Assembly (NCBI GenBank): GCA_039621445.1
Contig: CP154954.1
Span: 38,363,703 to 38,427,702 of the forward strand
Reading direction: 5' to 3'
DNA: 64,000 nt
Origin: Euglena gracilis
Lineage: Eukaryota
Positions 50,240 through 61,280 of the stretch are shown piece after piece (positions within the stretch are counted from its first letter, which is position 1; each line of letters begins with the position of its first letter). The notes beneath the pieces were generated by a model, which did no database searches, was not told the DNA's origin, and saw nothing but the letters and a program-made list of their open reading frames with translations. The position numbers and the translations under genes were made by a program.

Positions 50240-51677
50240 AGAAGGTGCGAGGAACACAGCACATGCAGAGCAGGCAACATAGTTTGTTGTGGAGTTTGCA
50301 TTGTATGTCCGAGCTGGGAGCACTGACGGGAGGCAGCGGCGGCCAGGCGGCGCAGGAGCGGGGGCAAGTGAAGGAGCGGGGACGGGGCATCGAGCCATGG
50401 CCAGCCCCGATATCCGCCTCCCCCTGCCAGACCAGTGCCCCCTGCTATCACAGAACACGTTGTGGTCAACATTTTTTTTGTGAATTGCATTGCATTCCCC
50501 CCAGGTAACAAAGCTGAGAATATTTTTTTTGAGAATGCTTCCGCACACGCGCGCGCGCGCACACACACACCACACACGAGTGAATGCGGGCACGCATGCA
50601 TGCGCGCACACATATGCATAGGCATGCACAGAAGGTGTGTGGAACACATGCTTGCATCACATGCAGAGTGGACAACATAGTCTGTGGTGGTGTTTGAATT
50701 TGATTTGGACATGTTTGTGTGAGCAGGGGGACTGAAGGGAGGCAGCAGGCCAGGCAGCAGGAGCGGGGGCGCACTGTGCGGGCATGCTTCCCCCATCTCC
50801 ACCTGCCCGCCAGTCCGCTCGCTGCCAGGTGTGTGCTGCTGCCTCAGCAAGAAGGGGGGCTGGGTGTGTGCAACTGTGCGTATTGCATTTCAGCAGAAAG
50901 GAACCGACAATGATGCCAAGAAAAATATGCGGATATGCATAGCGGATTGCCAGGTTGCCCATTTTTCAAATCAGAAATGTTGTGCCCCGGACACTCTTTC
51001 GTTTTGTTTTTTTTGCTAGCTTTTGGATTTTGTTGGTGTTATCAGCTTGTGGACAATGAATGGCAAAGATTGCAAGGCACAGCCGTGTTCCTGAGGCCAA
51101 AGATGATTTTTGTCATTTTCGGATTTTTCACCCAAGAAATTCCATATTTCCAGAATCAGCATGTTCCCAAAATGACAAAAGGCAAGCTTTTGGACTTTTC
51201 TTTTTGGAAAGGATGTGAAAAATGGCTCAAAGCTTGCGCCCATGTTGCAAAACGACCAAATTTGTGAAATTTTCCCAAGTCCCCTCCAGTACATTCCCGA
51301 CATCAATTTTTCCTCGGTTTCTCAAAGGCCTCCAACATCAATCCTCCCCCCCTGTGCACTGCACAGAAGCTGGTCTGTGTGCAGACGGGTCTTTGTGTCA
51401 CCGGATGGCAGGGTGACAGGCATGTGGCTATTTGCTGATGTTTTGGTTTCATTGCTTGGCAGTTGGAAGTGCAGGAGTGAACTTTCTGAACACCCACCCA
51501 CCAGCACCTGGGAGAAAATGACCCAAAGTCAATGGGTTGGTAGCCCAAATCGGGGGGGGGGGGCGCTGGCGGGTCGAAAAACGCTCATTTTCGGCCCAAA
51601 AATGGTTTTTTCTGGGTCCGAGAGGGCCGGCTGGAGGTTCCGAGACCCAGCAAGGGATTCAAGGTGTGTCTGTTTCT

Positions 51678-51792
51678 GGATGGGGCGCCTGCCGCCACCG
51701 CTTCCCCTCGTGGCCCATCGCCCGACTGGGTGCTGATGGACGGCGAGCGATCCATTGCCCCAACGGAGAGGGACCTGGCGGAGAAGGAGCAG
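51678..51792 (+). CDS. Exon of coiled-coil/PDZ protein (DGAPAATASPRGPSPDWVLMDGERSIAPTERDLAEKEQ); 5' boundary uncertain
   Basis: Ends CAG|gtgtgc and joins in phase 0 to the exon at 52730, giving the coiled-coil-like TERDLAEKEQ|ELQRLEAE. Confidence 0.6.
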
Positions 51793-52729
51793 GTGTGCTC
51801 CGTCCATGCTTTGGCCTGAGTGTCCATCACACCGCCGCGTTGAATGGTCGACAAAGAGGACGTGGGGGTTTGAGCACCACAGCACAGCACAACACAGACA
51901 CACCTGATTGTCAAACCATCAAAACATTATTCTTCCTGTACCCACCCCGAATAACAGCGTTCATTTGGGTTTATTGTACATATTTGGGTTTTGGGTTGCT
52001 TTTTATATGTGGAGTTGTAATATGTAGTTTGCTTTATGTCGAAAATTTGGCCGTTCAAAGCACATTTTTTGAATGAAAATTTCATCTCTCATAAGAGTTG
52101 TTTGCATTTGGTGGTTGTTTGCAGTTCCCCCTTATGCAAGGTGTGTGTGTGTGTGTTTTTACGGTGCTGTGCCTGGGATGTGGGGAGGGGATACATATGT
52201 GTGTGCGTGTGTGTATGTGGCCCCAGAGCAAGGGTCTTGGTAAAAATCTGGTGAAGACAAAGCGGCATCAGCCCAGGATTTCAAAGCTCTCGGAGGGGTT
52301 GATATTTGAGGGGTTATAGTTGGACATGAAATCAAATTTCTGTGACAAAGCATTTGGGTTTCCGAACAGAATTTCGCAATCATTTTTTTGCCCAAATTCT
52401 GCCATTTTTAAGAGATATTGCACACCATTTTTTTTTATACCAACATTGTCAAGCTCATTGCCTGTAATGATTTCTGAAATCTTCACAAACCTGTCCATCC
52501 CACGCCGCTGGCGCTGTGGGCACTTCCCCAGAGGGGGGGCTTTGTATTTGGTTATTTGGAAGGTTAATTAATTGCCCATGTGCAACCGGCTTGGTACCCC
52601 CTCAATATGCCCAAAAAACCCACCAAATAACAAACACATTGTTGGAAGGATGCAGCTCTGTATTTTTCGGGTGATGTCCCCAAGTGCCATGCGGCAAGGG
52701 GAGAGTGGGACAGTATCTCCCCGCCACAG

Positions 52730-52816
52730 GAACTCCAGCGCCTGGAGGCGGAGATGGAGGTGGTCCGCGCCTTCGACACCCGCCGCCAGGAGCAGATCTG
52801 CGTGCTGGCGCAAGAG
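52730..52816 (+). CDS. Exon of coiled-coil/PDZ protein (ELQRLEAEMEVVRAFDTRRQEQICVLAQE)
   Basis: ccacag| ... |gtgagc; 87 nt; very strong G/C third-position bias. Confidence 0.8.
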
Positions 52817-53292
52817 GTGAGCCGTCTCCGCCCCTACGCCCCTGCCGGCTCTGCCACCCCCACCCTGGGCTGAACACTGAACTCCAGAGCCCAGGGGACA
52901 GGGGTGTTGCCAGGCTGGGGAAACAAGGGTTTCATCAAATTCGCATATTGTGCACACCACAGCCAACATATTTTCATTCCCCCCTCTCCGCAGCAAAAAA
53001 GCTTTCGGCTTGCTCCCCCTTACGCATTTTTGTCTGTTGAAATCCAAATTCTTTCCGAGGAACATGCACACCAACTGGGAATAATCCACCTAAGGCTCGT
53101 CATCTGCCCCTCCCCCAGCAAATTGCGCAGGTCTGCTCGGTTCTGCTCCTGTGTCGAAGAACCAGCTCCAGCGTGGTGTGGGATGCCCAAGAAGAGCTTA
53201 CTCTTCCGTGGGCGCCAAACCGAAGCCAGCCCGCTTTGGCTGGGCCAAGCCTGGGCCCCAAGCAACCCCCCCCCCCACGGTGGGCGCGGCAG

Positions 53293-53450
53293 TTCGGCCC
53301 GGCCCCCGCCGACGCGCTGCCGGAGGTCCGGGCCCTCGCCGCGGAGCTGCAGCACCGCACCGCCGCGCTGGACGACCTGAGGGCGGACCTCCGCTGCGTG
53401 GCGGACCAGCGCCGCCTGCTGCTGGAGGAGGAGGCGCTGCGGCAGGCGCT
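53293..53450 (+). CDS. Exon of coiled-coil/PDZ protein (FGPAPADALPEVRALAAELQHRTAALDDLRADLRCVADQRRLLLEEEAL...); boundaries uncertain
   Basis: Near-total GC3 bias and a heptad-like helix. No canonical GT donor follows nearby. Confidence 0.7.
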
Positions 53451-53939
53451 CACGCCTGGCGGGGAGCACGCGGGGGAAGGGGCGTCTCACCCGTCTCAAA
53501 CCTCTCTCCCACTGGAATTCCCGGCATCACTTAGAATGCTGCAGCAGGATACCGGTCATCGTTGTTCCAACCGAAAAGTGTTTCTGACGTTCTGCACCCA
53601 GTTCCCCCCATTTCGTCCCCAGGGTGGGCTAACTGACTGAGTGGTTGATCAACTGCCCCTCCCCATCCAAGTGACTTACTGGGTTTTTTTTCATCTTCGC
53701 TGTTCTTTTCCGAACAGTCAATTTTGATTTCTTCGTCTCCCTTCGGCTGCTCCACGCCGTCCCTGGTGCATTTGTATGAGGGTCAGAGATGGCATTTGCG
53801 GCATTTGTGGGCATTGCGCTTCGTTGTCATTCGGGGAGCAGTGATGACGTGCAGTGCACACCCGACGAGTGGCCCCCAACACCCCAACGTATGCGGACGC
53901 GGGGGTTAGGAACGGGGGGGGGGGGCACCCCCTGCCGGA

Positions 53940-54032
53940 TCCGCCCATCCCTGCGGGGGACCTCCTGCATGCCCTCGCGGCGATGCCGACCGCGCGGCCA
54001 AGGGTGGGCCCGCTGGGGTTGGCCCTCCAGAG
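53940..54032 (+). CDS. Exon with the PDZ N-terminal strand (..DLLHALAAMPTARPRVGPLGLALQS); 5' boundary uncertain
   Basis: The R..GPLGL motif resembles the PDZ carboxylate-binding loop and continues in frame after the MITE. Confidence 0.7.
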
Positions 54033-54340
54033 CAGGCTTCTGCTTGAGGGTTCTCAGCACCCTCCTGGGGGAGGGGGGGCTGGACTGCAGCTTGTCCAAA
54101 TTTGGCTGATGGAAACCCTACCCTGGCAGACCCCCCCGCCGGGGTCTGGCAAGGCTGGCTAGTGGAAAAATGTTTTCTTTTTCCAATGACCAGCGCGAAG
54201 CGCCAAAAATTTTTTGGACCCCCAACACTGGCCAAAAATGCCCATTTTCGGCTTTTTGGGGGGGTCTAGCTCCATTTTTTCCGTTGTCTAGCAAAATGGC
54301 AAGCCAGAGGACCCCCCCAGGGTCTTTAAGCAACAGCCTG
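54033..54340. mobile_element. hAT-type MITE, family D; candidate nonconventional intron (54030-54345)
   Basis: TIR CAGGCTTCTGCTTGAGGG / GTCTTTAAGCAACAGCCTG; perfect TSD ctccagag (54025-54032/54341-54348). Homologous to 11376-11808. Confidence 0.9.
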
Positions 54341-54348
54341 CTCCAGAG

Positions 54349-54403
54349 CACCCCCTCGGGGCTGGCTGTGACCCGCGTCCAGCGGCCGTCCGTTGCCCAA
54401 AAG
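54349..54403 (+). CDS. PDZ middle exon (TPSGLAVTRVQRPSVAQK)
   Basis: Ends AAG|gtgtgc; followed by a GT-AG intron at 54404-54678, phase 0. Confidence 0.8.
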
Positions 54404-54678
54404 GTGTGCCGACCCTCCTGTTTGCGTTTGTTTGCGCGTGCCTGTCGTGTATGAGAACGTCCATCTGGCCCATTTTCATGGAGGCGATCAGGAGAGTCGA
54501 CAAGGCGGGTGAGATGCTCTTAAGCAGCTTGGGAAGTGAATCGCAGGTTTGGGGGGTCCTTAGGACTGGAAGATGGCAGACGAACGGGGAGACAGGCGGA
54601 CGTGGATTTGATTCGTCCTGCGTTGAAGCCTGCATCGCCGCTCCGCATTGTGCCGTCCTCCAACGGACCATGTTCCAG

Positions 54679-54834
54679 GCGGGGCTGGAGGAGGGGGACG
54701 TCATCACGGCGTGCGCCGGCCACCCCGTGCACGAGGCGGCGCAGCTGGTCAACCTCCTTCGGGGACCCCAGGGGGCGACGCTGTCCGTCCTCCGGGATGG
54801 CCACCAGCGGGAGGTCCATGTCGCAGGGCCGTGA
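54679..54834 (+). CDS. Terminal exon, PDZ C-terminal half (AGLEEGDVITACAGHPVHEAAQLVNLLRGPQGATLSVLRDGHQREVHVAGP*)
   Basis: ttccag| acceptor; the S.A.KAGL..GD.I PDZ signature spans the junction; TGA at 54832-54834. Confidence 0.88.
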   Translation, partial: AGLEEGDVITACAGHPVHEAAQLVNLLRGPQGATLSVLRDGHQREVHVAGP

Positions 54835-56949
54835 GGGGTCGGAGGACTTCTGGACTTCTATCTTGCTTGACCTGCGCTGCCCGGCATATGTTTCCATCAC
54901 TCAGTGGCCCAGCGCCACCCCCGTTAGAGCCTGGCTGCCTTGCAGCACGTGTGTAAGCGGAATGGAAGGCGGAACGCTTAGCAGGCATCTGTGACAGCTG
55001 TTAGTAGTGTATCCCACTGTACACCCTGATCGATGTTCAGCACAGTTTTCAACACCGCACCTTGGAAAGTTCGCATCACAAAATAGAACAGATGAAGGTA
55101 AAACTGCACCCCAAGAGCTCCCAAGATGAAACAAGAGCCCCCAAGATACCAATCCCTTAAAATGAAAACTGTGGCGCTGAGCGGGGAGAAAAATTTCCCT
55201 GAAATTTTCTTCTTTTAGATTCTTTCGGGCACAAAAATGACAAAGGACGGCGTGTTATTTGTGCCCCCCCCTCCGCCAGGGGGGGTCAAGCTAGTGGCTT
55301 TTTTCTTCCCGGCTTGAGGCTTGAGGCTTGAGCTTGAGGCCTGGGGTCTTTGAGCAAATTAGGATTACAAAGTTCGGCCGGTTTCGCCTCAGTTTTTATT
55401 TTTGGGAGAGGGTCCAGGGGTCCCCCCCGCTGGAATAAATTTTTCTCCTTCACTGTGCGCCGAGGTGGAAATGGGGTTTTTAACGGTTTGTCCCCCACTA
55501 ATTTTGTTCAAAAAATCCAAAAATTGCTAAAAGGGGCATTTTTGGCGGGCTTTTGGGGGTGTGATACAAATTTTCCAGCAATTGCGCCTGCCGCTGGGGA
55601 AAGAATTACACTGGCTTGCCCTGCTAGAGACTCCCCCCCGGGGGGTTCACTGCAATTTGTGTGCATGGTGCAATTTCCGGTTTGTGAAGAAATCAACCAA
55701 AATAAGACCCCCCCACCAAGGTTTTGGACGCCCAGAGGTTTTCAGCAACCGGCCCAGAATGAAAATATGTGTGTGTTTTCCTTTGCTCAGGGTTCTGACC
55801 ACCGCTGCACCGCATCGTTTCACTCCCTTCCCTTAGAGCGAGCGTAAACCTTGCCCAACCAACTCTTATTGGCATAATTCATTGACGTGTTGTGCACGCT
55901 GGTTCCCCTCCGTCCCCCCCCCCCCCCCATCGCTTCTGAATCCCCTTGGATTCGTGGGTCAGCCAAAGGGGAGTTAATTAGTTGGGGATTTGTTGGTGAA
56001 AATCCGATCCCCAAATCCAAAATGACCTCCTCAACCCTGAAAATTGCCCATCATTTTTGAGCATGGTCAGACAAAGAAAAATCGCCAAAAAACCGATGCG
56101 GGGTTTGCGACCAAAAAAAAAAAGGAATAAAATTTTTTTTAAAGACGGGGGGTCGTCCACCCCCCCTTTCTCTTTTTCTTACAAAAACGAGAAGCAGGGA
56201 CACCTCGAAAGGCATTTTGCGCTTCGCCCTCGGCATCAGTTTTCCTGGAGGGAGCGCGGGAGTTTGAAAAAAAAAAAGCCAGGGAGGAATGGACACCCAG
56301 GGAAAGCAGCGTTTGTTTTTAATTCTAAAGGGGGGAATGGCAGTTAAGGCCATGGTGGAGATGATGCACCTCGCCCCGGGCGAGGCGCCGCTTCCACCAA
56401 AGGCTCCTCTTCCGTTCCTTCTCGGAACAGGCATGCACGGCACCAGAAAAGGGCTCAGCAAGTCGCACTCCCTCGCGGTAAACCAACAAGTGAGGAAGGG
56501 ACACCGAGGGCGAAGCACAAAGTCCTTGCGGGACAAGGAAAAAGTGAGGGGCACGAGGCTTCCAAAGAAATGTGCCACAAATTGACCATTCGGGCTCCGC
56601 ACTGCGAGATGGTGAGGTCCTGCTTTCCTTGCCGGCATCTTCTTGTGCTTCGCCCTCTTGGTCCCTTCCTCCCCCTTCCTCTGTCGTGGGAGTCCGATAC
56701 CTTAGGCTTCTCAAAAGTCTCCCTTTTTCTGGACACCTCGGGCTCCGCACTTTGCCATTGTGCTTCGCCCTCGGTGTCCCTTCCTCCCTTTTCGGCTTGC
56801 CTCAAGGGAGTACGAAAAAAGGGAAAAAATTCCTGCGCCGCCATTGGCTGTACCAAAAAAAAACCACTCAGCCAACTGTAAAAGCCAGTCACCCCTTTAA
56901 TAAGGGAGGAGTTGCGGCGCCATCTGGCCTCAGAAAGGACCTGCCTTCG

Positions 56950-57460
56950 AGACCGTTCCCCTGCACACGCTGAGCCACTTGTCCAGCCTGCCAGGGGCAG
57001 CCCGGCCCTCCCCATCGGAGCTTTGTAAAGCTTTTCCAACCGCCAGAAGGCCGGCTGGAAGTTTTTCTAACCTTCTCCGTTGATCGCGGGCAATGTCTTC
57101 TTTGTTTGTTTTCCAAAAACCAGTACCCGCGCCTGGTCGGTTGACTGACCATTTGGCCCTCTCAGCTCTCGTTCTTAGTCGACGGGAGCGTTTGCGCGTT
57201 TGCTTGCAAAAGGCTGTATCAATGATGTTGTTTCGCTCTGATTGTCTTCATGTCGCGCCAACTCTGCTAGGATTCGGGTGACCCCTTTCCTGGGGTGGGG
57301 GGGTAAGGCAGCAGTCCAGCAGGTCGTCAGACCCGCGGGGGTCCTCAACAGAGGCCCGTCTAGAAAGCAGTTTATCCCCGAAGGTGCTGCGATCGACCCG
57401 ATTCACCCGGCGCCTTTAACGTCGAAGGACACGCCGGGCAACGCACTTTGACAATTGTGA
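56950..57460 (-). pseudogene. Possible remnant of a second non-LTR retroelement ORF (zinc-finger-like VRCPACPSTLKAPGESGRSQHLRDK and a basic region)
   Basis: CxxC...H motif read by hand at ~57370-57450; the second His is absent. Confidence 0.25.
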
Positions 57461-58689
57461 GGCCATGCCTTGTTCGTGGCGACAATGGTGCTTTCTCTTC
57501 CTCTGTAGGGGTCCCCCCTCCTCTTCCCCCCTAGCCCCACTTTCTGGCCGAGGGCGTTTGAAGGCAATTTTTTTCAATGGGAGGGGGGGGGGTCGGGCTC
57601 AAAATGACTTTGTGCTCCGCCCTCGGTCTCCCTTCCTCCCTTGTTGGTCCTCCCCGAGGGAGTACGAGTTTCCATTCCATTTTCGCCCGCCCCGTCTCCG
57701 TGCGATCCGCGTCAGCAAGGGATGCGCTCTACTGCGCATCCTTTCCCCTGCCCCACCGTCCACCACCCAATCGCTCCCCCCACAGCGCGTACCTACCCTG
57801 CAGGCCAGCGTACCCCAGAGACCCGGTCGACGAACCTCCGTTGCCCACACGCATGCCGACCCGCTGCCAAGTTTTAAGTTTTGACATTGTTAGGGAAGAA
57901 TCTCTGTTGGCGGAAGAGCGTGGCTCTGAGAACGAAGGGTCCTTCACTGGCGATTTCAGCGAAAATCCTGTGGAAAAGGAATTTATTTCAAGCCAACAAA
58001 AAAGGGCCACGCTTTCGGAAATGGTTCCAAAAGATTCCCAAAATGTCCTGTATTTTTGGTCTTTTAGTTTATCAGCCCAACAGCAATTCAAGCTCAAATT
58101 GTTCGAAGAGACGCGTTGATGCCCCCATCATCTCAACCACACCTGTTAAATTTCTTACCGATTGACTATACTTGCTTCACGGCTGAAACCCTCACCTCAG
58201 CTTCCTTGTTTCCTCGTCTTGATCCCTTTGCTTATGAAACACCAGCAAGCCCACGCCAGCAAAGCGAAGAAAAATAACTGGGAGAGCGTGAGAACTTTTT
58301 TTTAGGGGCTATAGCCGGCTTGCTGGGTCGCGCGTGCACTCTCTTCTCACCTTGTGGAGTCCAGGTCGGGCGGGCTACACTTTGCGTGTGTCTTGCTTTT
58401 GCCGGCTCCACTCCCCTTTGTCGCCTCGTTGGCCGGATACCTTTCGCCTGGCGTGTAGGCTCTTTTTTTTTGGCGGCTTCTCTTTTATTTGGTTTTTTTT
58501 GTGCGGGGAGGTGTTTCCGTAGTGAACCTCCGCACTTTGTGGGTTGTGGCCCTCTTGGTCTTGGTCTTGCTCGCTTTTGGTGTGGTCTGCGGTGGGAGTT
58601 GGGGACTTACCATGGGTGCAGGGCCTCCTCCACGCGGTCCCTGGCGGATAGCTTCCGCGCCACGTGGCGCATGAGTGTCTCCGATAATG

Positions 58690-61092
58690 CTACCTGCATT
58701 TCTTGCAGGGCCCTTGTCTTTGCCATCCCCGCATGTCTGCGGTGGCCATTTTGGTGACCTCAGACAGCACCGCCTTGGCAGAGGTACCCAGGCCTCCCCA
58801 TGTGCTCAGGCCGAAGGGTGAGAAGCTCCACCCCTTTGCAGAAGGGGCCCATCCGTTTTGCACTTTCCTGGTTTCCACCTGGTTGCAATGCCTGCGGGCA
58901 TTGTCCACCACCAGTGGGTGCTCTCCCAGCCCCACGGGGTGGCTGTAGACGAAATCGACTGCCACTTGTTGCTCCCGTGACATGTTGATGAGGAGAACAT
59001 CGGCTGGTCTTTTGTTCGCCAAACACTCTACCTCCTTCTCCGCCGCAATATTGTACCAGGCACACATCGCCGCAAAAGCATCTCGGAATGCATTGTGCCG
59101 TTGGGTATTTCTTTTCTGCTCGCAGCAGACGAAGTGACCCCGGGACACGGGACCACCCCGGCAACGTGACCCCTGAAGGGAGGATGGGCAGGCCAAGCCA
59201 CCACCGCAGTAGTAGCAGCCAGTATTGGGTGTCCGAGAAAGCTGTGTGCTGTGCCTTGCTGGGCAAAGTCTGCAGCCATCCCGTTGCCACCGGTCCCTTT
59301 TGGCAAGCCCGTCTCACCCGGTCCCTGGCAGAGCCGACCGCGTCCACTCGCTGGCTCTGCTTTTACGCCACTTTCTACGCCCACCACCGTTGGGTGGCGT
59401 GTTCTGGTGCTGCGGAGGAGAGTGGGGTGGTGCCCGCGAGCCAGCTGGCCACGGGATCCATGTTGGGGCCAAGCTGTTGCCGCAACCGTTGTAGTGTCTT
59501 GCATGTCCGGGGATGGGGTTGCCAACGCCGAGGCTGGCACCCCCACCGCTTGGCTGCCGTGCATCCCCAGATTCAGCAAGGCCGCCATACGTGCCGCGGG
59601 TTGCAACACTTCGGGGTCCGAGATTCCGAGTCCTCCTTGGCGGATGGGCAGGGAGACCTGATCCCATGAACTTTCGGTGATTCCCAGTCCGAGGGGATCT
59701 TGTATGGCTTCCTGCAGCCGTGCCCTGAGAATGAGCGGGGAGTCCCGTGTGTTTTCTCTCTCTGTTGATCGGAGGAGCTGGACCACCAGACATCCGTCAA
59801 GACACTACCGCAAAAGTGGGTGCCGCACTTGCCCCTCTGGGTATCCCCTGAGCCGTTCCAAGAGCAAGGTCGCCATGTCCACGGTCTCTTCCTATACAGC
59901 TTGGCATTGCGGTGCTCTTGGCGTGTCCTCTTGTGCTGTGCGATGCTCCCGCGGGGCATCAATTGGGACGGCCAGGGTCGTGATGCCCCTCGGTCCTCCA
60001 AAGGGAATCACGGGCACTTGTCGTCCCAAGTGGCCTTTTGCCAAACCTTCTGGGTAATGTGGCCCGGCTTGATTGACCGTTTGCATCCCAGGTCCCCAAA
60101 ATTTGCACTTGGCCAAATTGAGGTGGAGGCCTACTCGCTCCCAGACCGTGCCGAGGCCATGGAGGCGGGCCAACACCAACGCTGGTTTCCCCACGATGTG
60201 GCCGTCGTCGAGGTACCAAGGCTCCCATGCCAAGTCCCGGGCAAATCACTGGTCAAGGGCGTAGTCCAAGCCCAGTGCAAAGCCCAATGCGTCGCATTGA
60301 TGCATTCCGATCTGGCTTGTACATAGGAAGCGCCCTTGGCAAAACAACGGACTTAATCCACTGTAGCAAAAGCGCAGCCAGTTGTACGCCGTGGGTACCT
60401 TGGCCAAGCACCCCCGGAGCATTGCATCCCTGCTGATGGAGTTGAAGGCATTGCGCATATCCACCTGCAACACCACGTAGTCGTTCTCCCCTTGGAGGTG
60501 GCTTGGCTAGACGCAGCGTTGCAGGCGCATGCCCACCATCTCGGCGGCGTTGCGCACTCCCACCCCGCACTGCCGCGGTTGTGGGGCTCCCAACTCTATC
60601 GTCACCGCTTCAGAATGGGGAAGGCACTTGCCCACCACTCGCCAGAGGGTGTCCCCGACAGCAATGAGCCGCACCCCCCCCATCCTTCTTGCGGAGCGGG
60701 ATGAGCGTGGAGGCGCATAGCACTTCTCGCACGCTCTCCGGGAATGATGTGGTCAGGGCCGTCGCAGCAAGCTTGCCGAGGGCTTGGACCAGGCCCCCCC
60801 CAGCTTTCGGCAACTTTCACTGAGGTGGATTGGACGCAGCCCAGATGGTCCGCCCGCTTGGACCACTGCTCGTTGCTCTCCTCTTCGTCCATGCCCTCGT
60901 CCACCAGGCGGCAGGCAATCGAGGTGGGCCAATCCCCTGCCGGGACCAAGTGTGGCTGTGCTGGGGATGGAGGTCCCTCAGTACGGCTTCCACACCTGGT
61001 TCCTGCGAGTTGACAAGCCCATTTGACACCAACAGCTTAGCGGCCTTGGACAGTGCGCCTTCCTCCACCAATGCCGTGAGAACATGGGCTCT
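58690..61092 (-). mobile_element. Degenerate CRE/SLACS-clade non-LTR retrotransposon (RT plus restriction-like endonuclease), frameshifted
   Basis: Ordered motifs: LVEEGALSKAAKLLVSNG; LIPLRKKDGGVRLIAVGD (frameshift in a G-run); QCGVG; LQVDMRNAFNSISR; WYLDDG (YLDD 60204-60215); GLHLNLAKC; LPIRQGGLG; RHNAFRD...EKEV...RPADVLL...VAVD; FSPFGLSTWGGLG. Confidence 0.9.
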
Positions 61093-61280
61093 TTTTTTTT
61101 AGTGATAACGAACACACGGTGGGTAGCACAGCTTCACCCAAACCGTCCCCCGGGCCCAGGTAAACGTCTCTTTTCGCCCTCGCCTTTTTTGCAGAAGCAC
61201 ACGGTAGGTAGCACAGCTTCACCCAAATCGTGCCCCGGGCCAGGGAAACGTCTCTTTTGGCCCTCGCCACAAGAGGAACC
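61093..61280 (-). repeat. A-tailed insertion interrupting the retroelement, with an ~84-bp tandem duplication
   Basis: A T-run at ~61093-61101 directly abuts the ORF. 'cacacggt.ggtagcacagcttcacccaaa...aacgtctctttt.gccctcgcc' occurs twice (~61113, ~61198). The far end is undefined. Confidence 0.55.

Noticed and set aside
49676-50390. Glu/Lys-rich and Val/Cys- or His/Thr-rich ORFs
   Set aside because: They are by-products of polypurine and CA microsatellites.
58690-61092. Active retrotransposon or a bacterial RT system (retron, DGR, group II intron)
   Set aside because: There are multiple frameshifts, and the motif order with a C-terminal RHN/PAD-D endonuclease fits a eukaryotic RLE non-LTR element.
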